In this document: piece by piece, positions 20,735 to 30,422 of the stretch
Position numbering within the stretch: the stretch's first letter is position 1
Layout: every line of letters starts with the position of its first letter
Assembly: GCA_945861645.1 (NCBI GenBank)
Contig: CAMAVZ010000005.1
Span: 15,200 to 79,199, forward strand
Length of the DNA stretch: 64,000 nt
Direction: 5' to 3'
Origin: Opitutus sp. GAS368
GTDB lineage: Bacteria; Verrucomicrobiota; Verrucomicrobiia; Opitutales; Opitutaceae
Notes under the pieces: model-generated
Databases searched by the model: none
Told to the model about the DNA's origin: nothing
Seen by the model: the letters and a program-made list of their open reading frames with translations, nothing else
Position numbers and translations under genes: made by a program

Positions 20735-21983
20735 ATTACCTTCCCGCCTTACGCCGAGGCTTTATCTCGACCAACATCAGGACGAGTTAACCGCTTTCCT
20801 GCAGAAAATTATTCGCCTACGGACGGTTAATCCTCCGGGAGAAAATTACGGCGCCATCACCCAGCTATTGGCCACCTCCTTACGCGACCTAGGTTTGCAG
20901 GTTCGCCGACTTCCGGTTCCCCGCGCGTTTCAAAATAAAGCCCTCCCCGGCTTAGTTGGTTATCCCCGCTACAACGTCATTGGTTTTTGGGATGCCGGCG
21001 CCAAGAAAACCATCCACTTTAACGCGCACTACGATGTGGTTCCGGTTTCAGGCCGCTGGCGGCATGGTTCCGCCTTTAATCCTATGCTCGAGCGCGGTTG
21101 GGTTTATGGTCGCGGGACCGCTGACATGAAGGGTGCGATTGCCAGTATTATTTTTGCGCTCCAGGCACTCCGGCAAACTGGCGTCCGCCCAAATTTTAAT
21201 ATCGAGGTCTCTTTTGTCGCCGATGAAGAAACGGATAGCGCCCTCGGTACCGGCTGGATCGCTCGATACGGTAAACTGCGCGCTGATTATGCCGTGGTGG
21301 GCGAAGGGGGTGAAGGCAATGCGATCTGTTGTGGGCATAATGGGGTGGTCTGGCTGAATGTGCAGGTTCACGGCAAGGCCGCGCACGGCTCGCTGCCAAC
21401 GCAAGGCATCAACGCCCTCGAAAAAATGGCGGCGCTCGTTTTAGCCCTCAATAGCTACAAACGCCAATTAGCGCGCCAGACTTTCCGCGCCCCAAACGGC
21501 GAAACGCTTCGTCCCACTATAAATATTGGCGGCGTTTTCTCCGCCGGAGAGGGCGGCAAGGTCAATACGGTACCCGCCGCGGCCAGCTTTACCATCGATC
21601 GCCGAGTGCTGCCTAATGAAAATGTCCGCACCGCGGAGCGGGCGCTAACCGCCTTCCTAAAATTAGCCGCCCGCCAAATTCCCCAGTGCCGCATTACTGT
21701 TAGTAAAATCTCCGACAACTTCTCGTGCTACCGGCCACCAAACCATCCGTTGTTCGCGGCCCTGCAAGCGAGCGTGTCCCGCATTCGCCGCCGACCCACT
21801 CAGTTTATGGTCTCAACCGGCTTTAATGATATGCATTTTTTTGCGCAGGTTAAAAGAATTCCCACCTTGGGCTACGGCCCCGGGGGCGTAGATTACCATG
21901 GGGTTGATGAACGGGCGCGCGTTAAAGACTTGGTCGATTCCGCAAAAATTTACGCAGACCTGCTCACGACCTTTCGGGGGTAA
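20724..21983 (+). CDS. M20 family metallopeptidase (ArgE/DapE-like deacylase)
   Basis: TVNPPG, NAHYDVVP, GRGTADMKG, ADEE, GKAAHGS, HGVDE. Confidence 0.9.
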   Translation: MAGKLPSRLTPRLYLDQHQDELTAFLQKIIRLRTVNPPGENYGAITQLLATSLRDLGLQVRRLPVPRAFQNKALPGLVGYPRYNVIGFWDAGAKKTIHFNAHYDVVPVSGRWRHGSAFNPMLERGWVYGRGTADMKGAIASIIFALQALRQTGVRPNFNIEVSFVADEETDSALGTGWIARYGKLRADYAVVGEGGEGNAICCGHNGVVWLNVQVHGKAAHGSLPTQGINALEKMAALVLALNSYKRQLARQTFRAPNGETLRPTINIGGVFSAGEGGKVNTVPAAASFTIDRRVLPNENVRTAERALTAFLKLAARQIPQCRITVSKISDNFSCYRPPNHPLFAALQASVSRIRRRPTQFMVSTGFNDMHFFAQVKRIPTLGYGPGGVDYHGVDERARVKDLVDSAKIYADLLTTFRG

Positions 21984-22019
21984 GGGACGCGCGCTGGACG
22001 TCACCTGCTCGACCGGCCA

Positions 22020-22943
22020 TTACGGCGTGATCGGCGGCAAGTCTGCGAGTAGGTGTCGTGCCACGGCGGCAATAATCGCCCGATTACTGGCGTGCTCCCG
22101 CCCCTCGGTGAAGGTTACGATAATGATGCGACCGCCATCCGGCAAACCGATCAAGGCCGCGTCGTGCCGCGCCCAACTCACCCAGCCAGCCTTAGACCAT
22201 AACTTCATTCCCGGCGCTAGCGCGGGGGCAGTAAAACTAAGGCCTTCCTCATCAACTCCTGGCGTGGGCGCTTTCGTTAGATCACGCTGCATGAGCGCCA
22301 GCATTTCGCTGGAACACGCCGGGGAAATCCAGCGCCCCAATGCTATTTCTTGGAGGAGCTGGGCGGTGTCGTTGGTCGAAAGAAAATTTCGGGCCGGCCC
22401 ATGCACCGTCGTATCCTGTTTTTCCCGCCCATAGGGACCTTCGCCCCAAGTTTTACGTTGGGCGTTTACATTGGTGTAATCGAGCGCCTGAAAATATTGC
22501 GTGACCACTCCGCGCTGTTGGCTCCAAGCCGCTAACTCTGCCGCCGGCATTTCCGGGCCACTCGTAGTAAGAGTGATGGCATCAACAATGTAACTCGTCG
22601 CCTCGTTAAAAGATTCTACGATCATATCGCGCAAGCCCCGCCGCAGCTCAGGAGAATCCGCCAAGCGACCAGCGGCCAGCAGGTGATGCGTGTAGGCTAG
22701 AAAAAATAATTTAATGACACTCGCTGGATAAAATCGCTCCGCCCCGCGATAATCAGCTCTGCGCGGAGCCTGCGGTTGGCGTAAATCGATTACCGTAATT
22801 GCCAACTGTGCAGGCTTTAGTTGGGGGGTAGAAAACTCTGACTGCACGGCGCGCACCGTGCGATCAAGCCGCGTGGCCCAATCCGCGGAAGTCGCAGCCG
22901 ACAAAACTCCGACTAGTAATAAAAAAACCAACGTAACTTTCAT
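22020..22943 (-). CDS. Serine hydrolase, class A beta-lactamase-like
   Basis: Signal peptide; PASVIK (SxxK), SFN (SxN), KAG motifs. Confidence 0.82.
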   Translation of the reverse strand: MKVTLVFLLLVGVLSAATSADWATRLDRTVRAVQSEFSTPQLKPAQLAITVIDLRQPQAPRRADYRGAERFYPASVIKLFFLAYTHHLLAAGRLADSPELRRGLRDMIVESFNEATSYIVDAITLTTSGPEMPAAELAAWSQQRGVVTQYFQALDYTNVNAQRKTWGEGPYGREKQDTTVHGPARNFLSTNDTAQLLQEIALGRWISPACSSEMLALMQRDLTKAPTPGVDEEGLSFTAPALAPGMKLWSKAGWVSWARHDAALIGLPDGGRIIIVTFTEGREHASNRAIIAAVARHLLADLPPITP

Positions 22944-22968
22944 GGGTAGAAAAGCTGACGGCTAAAAC

Positions 22969-23553
22969 CTAGCTGCTCCAACCGCGCCGGATCATATTTA
23001 CGGCAATCGCGGCCAACAGCATGGAAACTATTTTGGAAATAGCTCGCAGCCCGGTTGGGCTAATTTTTTGCCCCAGCCACACACTATAATGAAGAGCAAA
23101 AACCACGATCCCGAGATTAACCGCCAAGGCCACCAACGTAACCCCTAAGCCAATTGCCTGGGTTTGCGCTAACACGAGCAAAGTGGTGATCGAAGCTGGC
23201 CCAGCAATTAGCGGCATACCTAAAGGCACGACCCCAAAATCCTCCGGCAACTTTTCCGGTTCGGCCGCAGACTGAATTAAATCCTTAGCGGCCAGAATGA
23301 ACAATATAAGCCCCCCCGCGATTTGAAAATCACTCACCGAAATTCCGACGGCCTTGAATACATTTTGCCCGAGGAAAAGAAAGCCCAAGGCAACGAGTCC
23401 CCCCGTCCAAGTGGCCTGATCGGCGATTTTCTGCCGTTGCACCGGCGCTACATTTTGCCCGAGGCCGAGAAAAATTGCCACCAACCCGATGGGGTCGATC
23501 GCAACAAATAAGGGAATAAACGCCTGCATAAACTTTGTCAGCATTTCGGTCAT
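22969..23553 (-). CDS. MarC family integral membrane protein
   Basis: FVAIDPIG, FQIAGGLILF, VVPLGMPLIAGPASIT. Confidence 0.92.
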   Translation of the reverse strand: MTEMLTKFMQAFIPLFVAIDPIGLVAIFLGLGQNVAPVQRQKIADQATWTGGLVALGFLFLGQNVFKAVGISVSDFQIAGGLILFILAAKDLIQSAAEPEKLPEDFGVVPLGMPLIAGPASITTLLVLAQTQAIGLGVTLVALAVNLGIVVFALHYSVWLGQKISPTGLRAISKIVSMLLAAIAVNMIRRGWSS

Positions 23554-23703
23554 ACTATTTTTTTAATTTATCGCCCCGAAAAGGCAACGCCGGGCGCGCG
23601 GCAGATAAAACAATATCTGCGCAAACCGCGACGGCTCTTTCCGCTCTGCTTAGGCTGGCTCCCTGCGAACCGGGAAAAAGCACGTATCCCGTCTGATAAA
23701 TAT

Positions 23704-24645
23704 TTATCCCGCTCGCGCCAGATGGCGTAAAGCCGGCGCAAGGTCGGGAAAGTCAAACTGAAAACCCGCCGCCAATAAACGGCTGGGAACACAAACCCGC
23801 CCCCCGAGAATAAGGGTAGAGTCCGTTTTCATTAAATAGCGCGCCGCCAGTTTAACTAAAAACGCTGGCGCCGGCGGCGTCCACGGGCGCGGCCACGATT
23901 GGCGCAAGATCGCCATGAAGCGTGCATTGGTCACCCCCAAGGGTGCGCAGACATTATAAACCCCCGTAAGCTCTGGCCGTAAAATAACCTGTTGGAAAAC
24001 TCGCCGCACATCCTGCTGATGAACCCAGGCAAACCCTTGAGTCCCGGCCCCCGCCGCCCCGCCGAGGAAAAATTGCGTTAACCGCGCGAGCAGCGGATAG
24101 GCCCCGCCGTGAGCGTCAAGCACCACCCCGAGCCGCAAGATGACCGGTCGTATTTTAGCCGGACAAGCCGCTTGAAAGGCAGTTTCCCACTGCCGACACA
24201 CTTCCGCTAAAAAATCGGTGCCGACTGGTGAGGCCTCATCGCAGTGCGCCGCACCCACAAAACCGTAGTAACCAACCGCGCTGGCTTGCACCCAAACCGC
24301 TGGCGGCTGAGAGCATTCCGCCGCCGCTCGCCCTAGGGCGGCCACCGCCCGCAAACGAGAGTGAAGGATCTCGTGACGATGCTTGGGGGTGAAAACACAG
24401 TTAATGCTACGGCCCACTAAATTTACTAAAGCCGCCGCGCCCTCGAGCTCTGCCGCCCACGGACCATTTTCTGCTCCGTCCCAATAAACCAACCGAACCG
24501 GCGCAGCCAAGATAGGATCAATCGCCAGCTGTTGCTGGGGCTTACGGGTTAAAACAACCACGTCCCAACCCATTTTTACCAGGTCCTGAGCCAAGGCTCG
24601 ACCAAGCAACCCACTGCCCCCCGCCAGAATAACTTTAGACCTCAT
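23704..24645 (-). CDS. TIGR01777 family NAD-dependent epimerase/oxidoreductase
   Basis: AGGSGLLG, VNLVG, QASAVGYYG, FLAEVCRQWE, RLGVVL, P.RLLAAGFQF. Confidence 0.9.
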   Translation of the reverse strand: MRSKVILAGGSGLLGRALAQDLVKMGWDVVVLTRKPQQQLAIDPILAAPVRLVYWDGAENGPWAAELEGAAALVNLVGRSINCVFTPKHRHEILHSRLRAVAALGRAAAECSQPPAVWVQASAVGYYGFVGAAHCDEASPVGTDFLAEVCRQWETAFQAACPAKIRPVILRLGVVLDAHGGAYPLLARLTQFFLGGAAGAGTQGFAWVHQQDVRRVFQQVILRPELTGVYNVCAPLGVTNARFMAILRQSWPRPWTPPAPAFLVKLAARYLMKTDSTLILGGRVCVPSRLLAAGFQFDFPDLAPALRHLARAG

Positions 24646-24730
24646 TACGATCAGTAAAAGCCGCTTCCTTTTTTAGGCAAACCTCCCTTGGCCTTCAGCG
24701 GGGCAGCGCGGGCAGGACACGGTGCAAGAT

Positions 24731-24763
24731 GGATTGCCTCGTTGCGTCGCGGCTCGCAATGAC
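24731..24763. repeat. Single short interspersed repeat-like element (GATTGCC...CTCGCAATGAC type)
   Basis: GGATTGCCTCGTTGCGTCGCGGCTCGCAATGAC resembles the widespread GTCATTGCGAG...GCAATC REP/RPE-like family; only one copy seen in the window. Confidence 0.45.
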
Positions 24764-24774
24764 AAGGGCGCCGC

Positions 24775-25935
24775 ATGTGTTCCGCTCTTATTAATTTCTA
24801 CGATTTAACCCGCGAGGAACTTCGCCAACTTGTCGTCCGCTGGGGCTATAGCCCCACCCACGCCGCACGCCTTTGGCGCTATAGTTATGGAGAGGGCTTA
24901 ACTCATTGGGCGGAGATGCCAGAGCTGCCGAAGCGCTTTAGGTCCCAAGCAGAAAGCGCATTAACTTTTTCCCGTCTGCCCGTCGCCGTTGAAACCCACA
25001 GCACCGATGGATTTACCCGCAAATACTTACTGACCCTCAACGATGAGCGGAAAATCGAAACCGTTCTGATGCGTTACACCGGCCGCGTGACCGCGTGCAT
25101 CAGCAGCCAGGCCGGTTGCGCGATGGGCTGTGTGTTTTGCGCTACGGGACAAATGGGGTTTGCCCGCCACCTCAGCGCTGGTGAAATTGTGGCGCAAGCG
25201 CTGCATGTGGACCAAGCCCTGAGGCATACCGCGCCAGCACGAGGGCAACTCTTCCCCGAGAAAACAAATGCCGGGGTGGCGCTTCCTAAGACATCGCCCG
25301 ACCGATCACCCCCTTTGGCCAATCCCCACAGCGCCTCCCCCCATGAACGCCATGAGCGCCTCCGGAACATCGTCCTGATGGGGATGGGCGAGCCGCTCCA
25401 CAATTATGACGCAGTATTGAAAGCAGTTGATATTTTGTGTGACCAAACCGGCCTAGCGCTTGGCGCGAAGAAAATAACCCTGAGCACCGTGGGGGTTATT
25501 CCTGGGATTATCCGGCTCGCTGATGAAGCGCGTGCCGTCAGCCTCGCCGTCTCGTTGCACGGCGCCACCCAAGCTGAACGGGCAGCGCTGGTCCCCGTGG
25601 CAAGCAAGTGGCCCTTGGACGCCTTGATGGAGGCGTGTCGTTATTACAGCACAAAGCTCCAGCGCAGAATATTTTATGAATGGACTTTGATTGAAGGAAA
25701 AAATGATTCATCCCTCAGCGCCCACGCGGTTGGCCAACTCCTGCAAGGGCAACCCGCGCAAGTTAATCTCATCCCGCTAAACCCCACCTCGGGCTACGGC
25801 GGAGCACCGACGGGCCAAGAGGCCGCGCGCCGCTTTCAGCATATCCTCGCCGATTACGGTTTGCCTAGCACTATGCGGCAACGTCGCGGCATTGATATCG
25901 CCGCCGGGTGCGGGCAACTGGCGATTCGCCCGTAG
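24775..25935 (+). CDS. rlmN: 23S rRNA m2A2503 / tRNA m2A37 radical SAM methyltransferase
   Basis: IETV, CISSQAGCAMGCVFCATG, MGMGEP, SLH, NLIP, IAAGCGQL. Confidence 0.9.
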   Translation: MCSALINFYDLTREELRQLVVRWGYSPTHAARLWRYSYGEGLTHWAEMPELPKRFRSQAESALTFSRLPVAVETHSTDGFTRKYLLTLNDERKIETVLMRYTGRVTACISSQAGCAMGCVFCATGQMGFARHLSAGEIVAQALHVDQALRHTAPARGQLFPEKTNAGVALPKTSPDRSPPLANPHSASPHERHERLRNIVLMGMGEPLHNYDAVLKAVDILCDQTGLALGAKKITLSTVGVIPGIIRLADEARAVSLAVSLHGATQAERAALVPVASKWPLDALMEACRYYSTKLQRRIFYEWTLIEGKNDSSLSAHAVGQLLQGQPAQVNLIPLNPTSGYGGAPTGQEAARRFQHILADYGLPSTMRQRRGIDIAAGCGQLAIRP

Positions 25936-25982
25936 TTTTTTGCCTTTGCCAAAGAGCGGACGACCACTAGGTCTAAGCGCTC

Positions 25983-26555
25983 ATGAAATCTTCTATCCCC
26001 TTCCTTCCCGCCCTCCTCGCTCTGGCGTTGGCGGCTCCGCTCACTGCCCAAACCACTTCGGCGGCTGTGGTTAAAACCGTCGAGCCAGTCCGTCTGGCTT
26101 ACGTTAACAGCTCGGCCTTTCTTGATGAGCAGGCTGGCATCAAACAACTCGTGAAAGTTGCCCAAGGACTGGAGCTTGAGTTTAGCGGCACCCAAAGCGA
26201 ACTCTCCCTGTTGAATGAAAAGCTTCGTACCATTGTGGGCGAGCTCACTAAACTTAATGCCGATCCTGTGGCCAACGCCAAGGCGATGGCAGAGCAGCAA
26301 GCGGCTGGGCAAAAATTACAGCAGGAACTGCAAGGTAAACAACAAGCCGCTCAAGAGGCTTATAATAAACGCGTCCAAGAACTGCAGGCTCCGATTGCCG
26401 CCGAGATCGGCAAAGAGATCCGCGCTTTCTCCAAGGAGCACAACATCGACCTCTTGCTTGATTTGGCTAAACTTGGTGAAGCGGTGCTGAACGCTAAGCC
26501 GGAGCTCGATCTAACGACTGATTTCGTTAAATTCTATAACGCCCGCCACCCGTAA
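25983..26555 (+). CDS. skp: OmpH/Skp family periplasmic chaperone
   Basis: Signal peptide, LAYVN, long Gln/Ala-rich coiled coil, IDLLLD, DLTTDFV. Confidence 0.8.
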   Translation: MKSSIPFLPALLALALAAPLTAQTTSAAVVKTVEPVRLAYVNSSAFLDEQAGIKQLVKVAQGLELEFSGTQSELSLLNEKLRTIVGELTKLNADPVANAKAMAEQQAAGQKLQQELQGKQQAAQEAYNKRVQELQAPIAAEIGKEIRAFSKEHNIDLLLDLAKLGEAVLNAKPELDLTTDFVKFYNARHP

Positions 26556-26577
26556 TCTTCCGGATAATTTGTTCCTT

Positions 26578-26605
26578 AGGCCCAGCGTTAAGCTGGGCCT
26601 TTTTT
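26578..26605 (+). terminator. Rho-independent terminator
   Basis: AGGCCCAGC-GTTAA-GCTGGGCCT followed by T-tract, between convergent genes. Confidence 0.85.
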
Positions 26606-26628
26606 ATATCTGCTAACCACGGTAAAGG

Positions 26629-27615
26629 CTAACCCACCCATTTTGTTTCCCCAAAATCAGGTGCGGTAAAATCCATCGGGTCTAAGCCGTGCGTGATTCT
26701 CGCCGCGGCGAGGGCAATCGCTGGATCGTCGATTCCTTCATCTGCTAGTTGAAAGGTGCCAAAGTGCATCGCCCAACTTTGCCGCGAGCCGACCGCTTGG
26801 TGGATTTTCACCGCCTCTTCTGGCGTGCAATGCACCGGTTGCATGAACCAACGGGGTTCGTAAGCGCCAATCGGTATTAACGCTAAATCAAAAGGACCTA
26901 AACGTGCACCGATTTCCTTAAAAGTCTGATTATAACCAGAATCCCCAGCAAAATAAAATTTCCCCGTCGGAGTCTTAAGGGCAAAGCCACCCCACAGGGT
27001 TTGGCCGCGATCCCAAGGCCAGCGGGCTGAAAAATGCTGCGCGGGGGTCCCTATTACCTCGAGTCCTCGCCTGGCTTGATGTGTCTGCCACCAATCGAGC
27101 TCCACGACGTTCTTTACGCCGCGTTTTTCTAACCACGCTTTATTGCCGAGCATCGTGATAAATTGCGGTTGATGCTCGCGCGCCAACCAGCGCAGAGTGG
27201 GTAAATCAAGATGATCATAATGATTGTGGCCGATGAGGACGACATGCATTCGCGGCAGTTCGGTTAATTTTACCGCCAGCGGCCGTGCCCGCTTAGGCCC
27301 AACCCAAGAGAAGGGACTCGCCCGCTCAGAAAAAATAGGGTCCGTCAGTAAATTCAGATTAGGCTGCTGGAGCAAAAAAGTAGAATGCCCGATAAAGGTA
27401 ACGGCGGTTTTTCCGCTTAAGCTTGGCTGGGGGACAATGGCTTCGCGGTTCTGACGCATAGCCTTAGGCCAATTGATTTTCTGCCGTAAAACTAAGCGCT
27501 GATAACCCCATTTAATTAAGGCCGAAAAAGCAGCCGCCGGCCGTTGGCCACTCGGGTTAAAAAACCGCTGCCCGTCGGAATGATCGCTGACCGGCAAGCG
27601 CAACGGGGGCGCCAT
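26629..27615 (-). CDS. MBL-fold metallo-hydrolase (RomA/NAPE-PLD-like)
   Basis: TFIGHST, TDPIFS, HNHYDHLD, PAQHFSAR, AGDSGY, PIGAYEP, MHFGTF. Confidence 0.9.
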   Translation of the reverse strand: MAPPLRLPVSDHSDGQRFFNPSGQRPAAAFSALIKWGYQRLVLRQKINWPKAMRQNREAIVPQPSLSGKTAVTFIGHSTFLLQQPNLNLLTDPIFSERASPFSWVGPKRARPLAVKLTELPRMHVVLIGHNHYDHLDLPTLRWLAREHQPQFITMLGNKAWLEKRGVKNVVELDWWQTHQARRGLEVIGTPAQHFSARWPWDRGQTLWGGFALKTPTGKFYFAGDSGYNQTFKEIGARLGPFDLALIPIGAYEPRWFMQPVHCTPEEAVKIHQAVGSRQSWAMHFGTFQLADEGIDDPAIALAAARITHGLDPMDFTAPDFGETKWVG

Positions 27616-27618
27616 AAA

Positions 27619-28236
27619 TTAGGCGGTAGGCCCACCCACGGTGCGGCGCGCTTGCGCCCAAAAGGCCAAGAGGGCGCGGAAATCCTGCTCTTTACTGCCG
27701 CTATGAATAACATAATCATAGGAATTCCGTTCCGCCATTTCTAACTCCGCACTTTGTAAACGCCGCGCAAGCTCCTCCGCACTTACCGGCCCACGCCCCT
27801 GTAACCGCTCCCGCAGGACAGCAAAAGAATCAGGGGCGACAAAAATAGTGACCAGGCGAGTTTTGAGCAAAGGGAGGGTTTCCGCCGCAGCCCGGATATT
27901 GCGCACGCCCTGAACGTCAACGTTTGCCGTTAAGTTGGTCTGCGGTAACCGACCGAGAATGGCGGACTTTAGCGTGCCATAACGATATTTACGATGCACC
28001 CAAGCCCACTCCAGAAATTCGCCATTCGCCAACCGCGCATCAAACTCGCCTTCGGTTAAAAAGTGATAATCGCGGCCATTTACTTCATTCGCGCGCGCTG
28101 GTCGAGTCGTTGCCGTAACCACTCGTTCAAACCCGGCCACCTCCGCTACTAATCGATCACAGAGCGTACTTTTACCAACCCCCGCAGGACCCGCCAAAAC
28201 AAGGAACACCGTGGAGGTCGAATCGAGCGGCGCCAT
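27619..28236 (-). CDS. gmk: Guanylate kinase
   Basis: GPAGVGKST P-loop, TTRPARANEVNGRDYHF, FLEWA, YGT, VDVQG. Confidence 0.93.
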   Translation of the reverse strand: MAPLDSTSTVFLVLAGPAGVGKSTLCDRLVAEVAGFERVVTATTRPARANEVNGRDYHFLTEGEFDARLANGEFLEWAWVHRKYRYGTLKSAILGRLPQTNLTANVDVQGVRNIRAAAETLPLLKTRLVTIFVAPDSFAVLRERLQGRGPVSAEELARRLQSAELEMAERNSYDYVIHSGSKEQDFRALLAFWAQARRTVGGPTA

Positions 28237-28239
28237 AAC

Positions 28240-28785
28240 TTAGTAAGTAAAGGCGGCGATTGCGGTGGCTAGCCCGTAAAGAAGCAGGCCGCCCCCTAAC
28301 CACCGCGGCCGCCCAGGTTCTTGAAAAAGCCACCCCAAGAAATCCCGCCAGCGATAAGGCGCGGCCGCTAAATAAAGCGCGAGACACAATCCGCTATAAA
28401 CGGCGCTGACCAACAAAAGCCGCTGGGGGTATTGATACTCCATGTAAGCGGAATTAAGCAGTGGCTCAGCGCTTAATAACATCAGCGCACTGCCACCGCG
28501 CACTGCGAGAAAGTCGGGCGCATAAATAAAAGCTAGCACCGCTAAGACCGCAAAGCCCGCCATAATGGGTTGCGGGGTTTGGACAAAAATAAGATCGGAC
28601 TCACCGAGTTGTGAAATTCGCCAAATTAACCAACCCGCCGCTGAGCCAAAAAGTAACCCCGCGGCCAAGCCTGAGCGCGTTAAAGCCCGCGCGCCCGAAC
28701 CGATCACCGAATGATTCCAGACCAGCAGCCCCCCCACGCTGGCGAGAAACAGTCCGGCTAAAAGGGTAGCGAGGAAAAGAGACAT
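28240..28785 (-). CDS. Hypothetical integral membrane protein
   Basis: 181-aa ORF with several TM segments, tightly packed with gmk. Confidence 0.75.
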   Translation of the reverse strand: MSLFLATLLAGLFLASVGGLLVWNHSVIGSGARALTRSGLAAGLLFGSAAGWLIWRISQLGESDLIFVQTPQPIMAGFAVLAVLAFIYAPDFLAVRGGSALMLLSAEPLLNSAYMEYQYPQRLLLVSAVYSGLCLALYLAAAPYRWRDFLGWLFQEPGRPRWLGGGLLLYGLATAIAAFTY

Positions 28786-28871
28786 AAGTGCGCCCCCTTT
28801 CTCTTACTCGTTCTCTTTCTCCACAAGCTCAGAACTCTCTTTTACTGGGTCAGCCACCAAAATACTTTCGC

Positions 28872-30227
28872 TCAAACCCCCACCAAACCAAGGGTCCCGT
28901 AAAGCACGGCCGTCGTGGCTCGCTCGATCTTAACCGCCACCAATTCACCGATTAAACGGTCGTTAGCTTCAAAGTGAACTACCCGATTACCCCGGGTTCG
29001 CCCGGTATAACGCAACCCCCTCTTGTCCCGCCCCTCCACAAGCACCTCTGGGCTGGTGCCAATTAATTGGCTATTTCGGCGGTTGGAATTAGCCGCAAGA
29101 ATTTTTAACAAAATTTGGTTACGCTCCTCTTTAATATCATCAGAAACTTGATCCCAAAAAGTCGCGGCCGGAGTCCCGGTGCGGATAGAATATTTAAAGA
29201 TATAGGCCATATCATAGTTCCCTCGCTCAAAGAGCTCCCGAGTTTCAGCGAAATCTTCGGCGGTCTCGCCCGGGAAGCCGACAATTACATCCGTGGAAAA
29301 ATACATGGCCGGCTGCACCGCCCGCAAGTCATCAACAATCTGACTGTAGCGTTCGCGCGTGTAGGGTCGGTTCATGGCCTTCAAAATTCGATTAGATCCC
29401 GATTGCAGCGGTAAATGCACATAGGGGCAGAGTTTATTCAAGCGGCCGTAAGCGGCGATTAAGTCGTCCTTAAAACCCCGCGGGTGGGGGGAAGTAAACC
29501 GGATGCGCTGCAAACCAGGAATGCCGTTTACCTGCTCAAGCAGCTGCACAAAAGGCGTGACCCCGCCAGTATGCTCATAGTCGCGCCGGCCATAGCTCGT
29601 CACGATCTGCCCGAGCAAAGTAATCTCCTTAACGCCTCCCGCGACCAGTTTCTCGCATTCCTGAACAATCTCCTTCATCGGCCGAGAGCGTTCATCCCCT
29701 CGGGTTTTAGGCACAATGCAAAACGAACAATCCATATTACAACCCTGCTGAATCGAAACAAACGCGGTGACTTGTTTTTCGGCCAACACATGATCGCGAA
29801 TTGTATTTTGCGAACCATTTTCTGCCTCAAGATCGATAATCGTGGCCCCAATAGGCACCCCCGCCGCCTGCGCCGCGCGTAGATTATCGAGATAATCGGG
29901 GACTTGGTGAAATTTTTGCGTGCCGATGATGAGATCGAGATCGGGCAGCTGATCGAGCAACTTCGCCCCACGATTCTGCGCCATACAACCAAGGATCCCT
30001 AAAATAAAATCCGGATTCTTTTTTTTTCGATTCGCAACATTCGCCGCCTTCCCGATGGCTTTTTGTTCCGCCGCATCCCGCACGCTGCAAGTATTGAGCA
30101 GTAAAATATCACAGTCGGCCTCTGCGCTCACCATCCGGTAACCTCGCAACCGCAACAAGGCCGCGACCGCCTCGCTGTCGCGCTCGTTCATCTGACAACC
30201 ATAGGTTTTTATGTGGACTCGATTCAT
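28872..30227 (-). CDS. miaB: tRNA-2-methylthio-N6-dimethylallyladenosine synthase
   Basis: TYGCQMNERDS, NTCSVR, GCMAQ, GCNMDCSFCIVP, RFTSPHP, C-terminal TRAM; start at ATG 30227. Confidence 0.95.
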   Translation of the reverse strand: MNRVHIKTYGCQMNERDSEAVAALLRLRGYRMVSAEADCDILLLNTCSVRDAAEQKAIGKAANVANRKKKNPDFILGILGCMAQNRGAKLLDQLPDLDLIIGTQKFHQVPDYLDNLRAAQAAGVPIGATIIDLEAENGSQNTIRDHVLAEKQVTAFVSIQQGCNMDCSFCIVPKTRGDERSRPMKEIVQECEKLVAGGVKEITLLGQIVTSYGRRDYEHTGGVTPFVQLLEQVNGIPGLQRIRFTSPHPRGFKDDLIAAYGRLNKLCPYVHLPLQSGSNRILKAMNRPYTRERYSQIVDDLRAVQPAMYFSTDVIVGFPGETAEDFAETRELFERGNYDMAYIFKYSIRTGTPAATFWDQVSDDIKEERNQILLKILAANSNRRNSQLIGTSPEVLVEGRDKRGLRYTGRTRGNRVVHFEANDRLIGELVAVKIERATTAVLYGTLGLVGV

Positions 30228-30422
30228 CAAACTAGCCGCCGCCCGAAGGTAAAAAGCACCGGGAGGACGGTGGGGGTTAACTACTCGTCTACTCCCACTG
30301 GTCAACGCGGTAAAATAACCCCCGCCACCACCTATTTGCCGGCTATAAATAGCCCCCAACTTCCCGCAAGTCTACCGTACCTTTCTGTTCGCCAGCGCGC
30401 CGGCCAACGCTTTGCTGCCCTC

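Noticed and set aside
22020-22943. Antibiotic-resistance class A beta-lactamase
   Set aside because: Has SxxK/SxN/KxG but no clear omega-loop ExxLN motif; better treated as a generic serine hydrolase.
23600-23708. Small inverted repeats GCAGATA/TATCTGC and GATAAATATTTATC between the epimerase and marC
   Set aside because: Short and single-copy, with no recognisable regulator or RNA family; could be chance.
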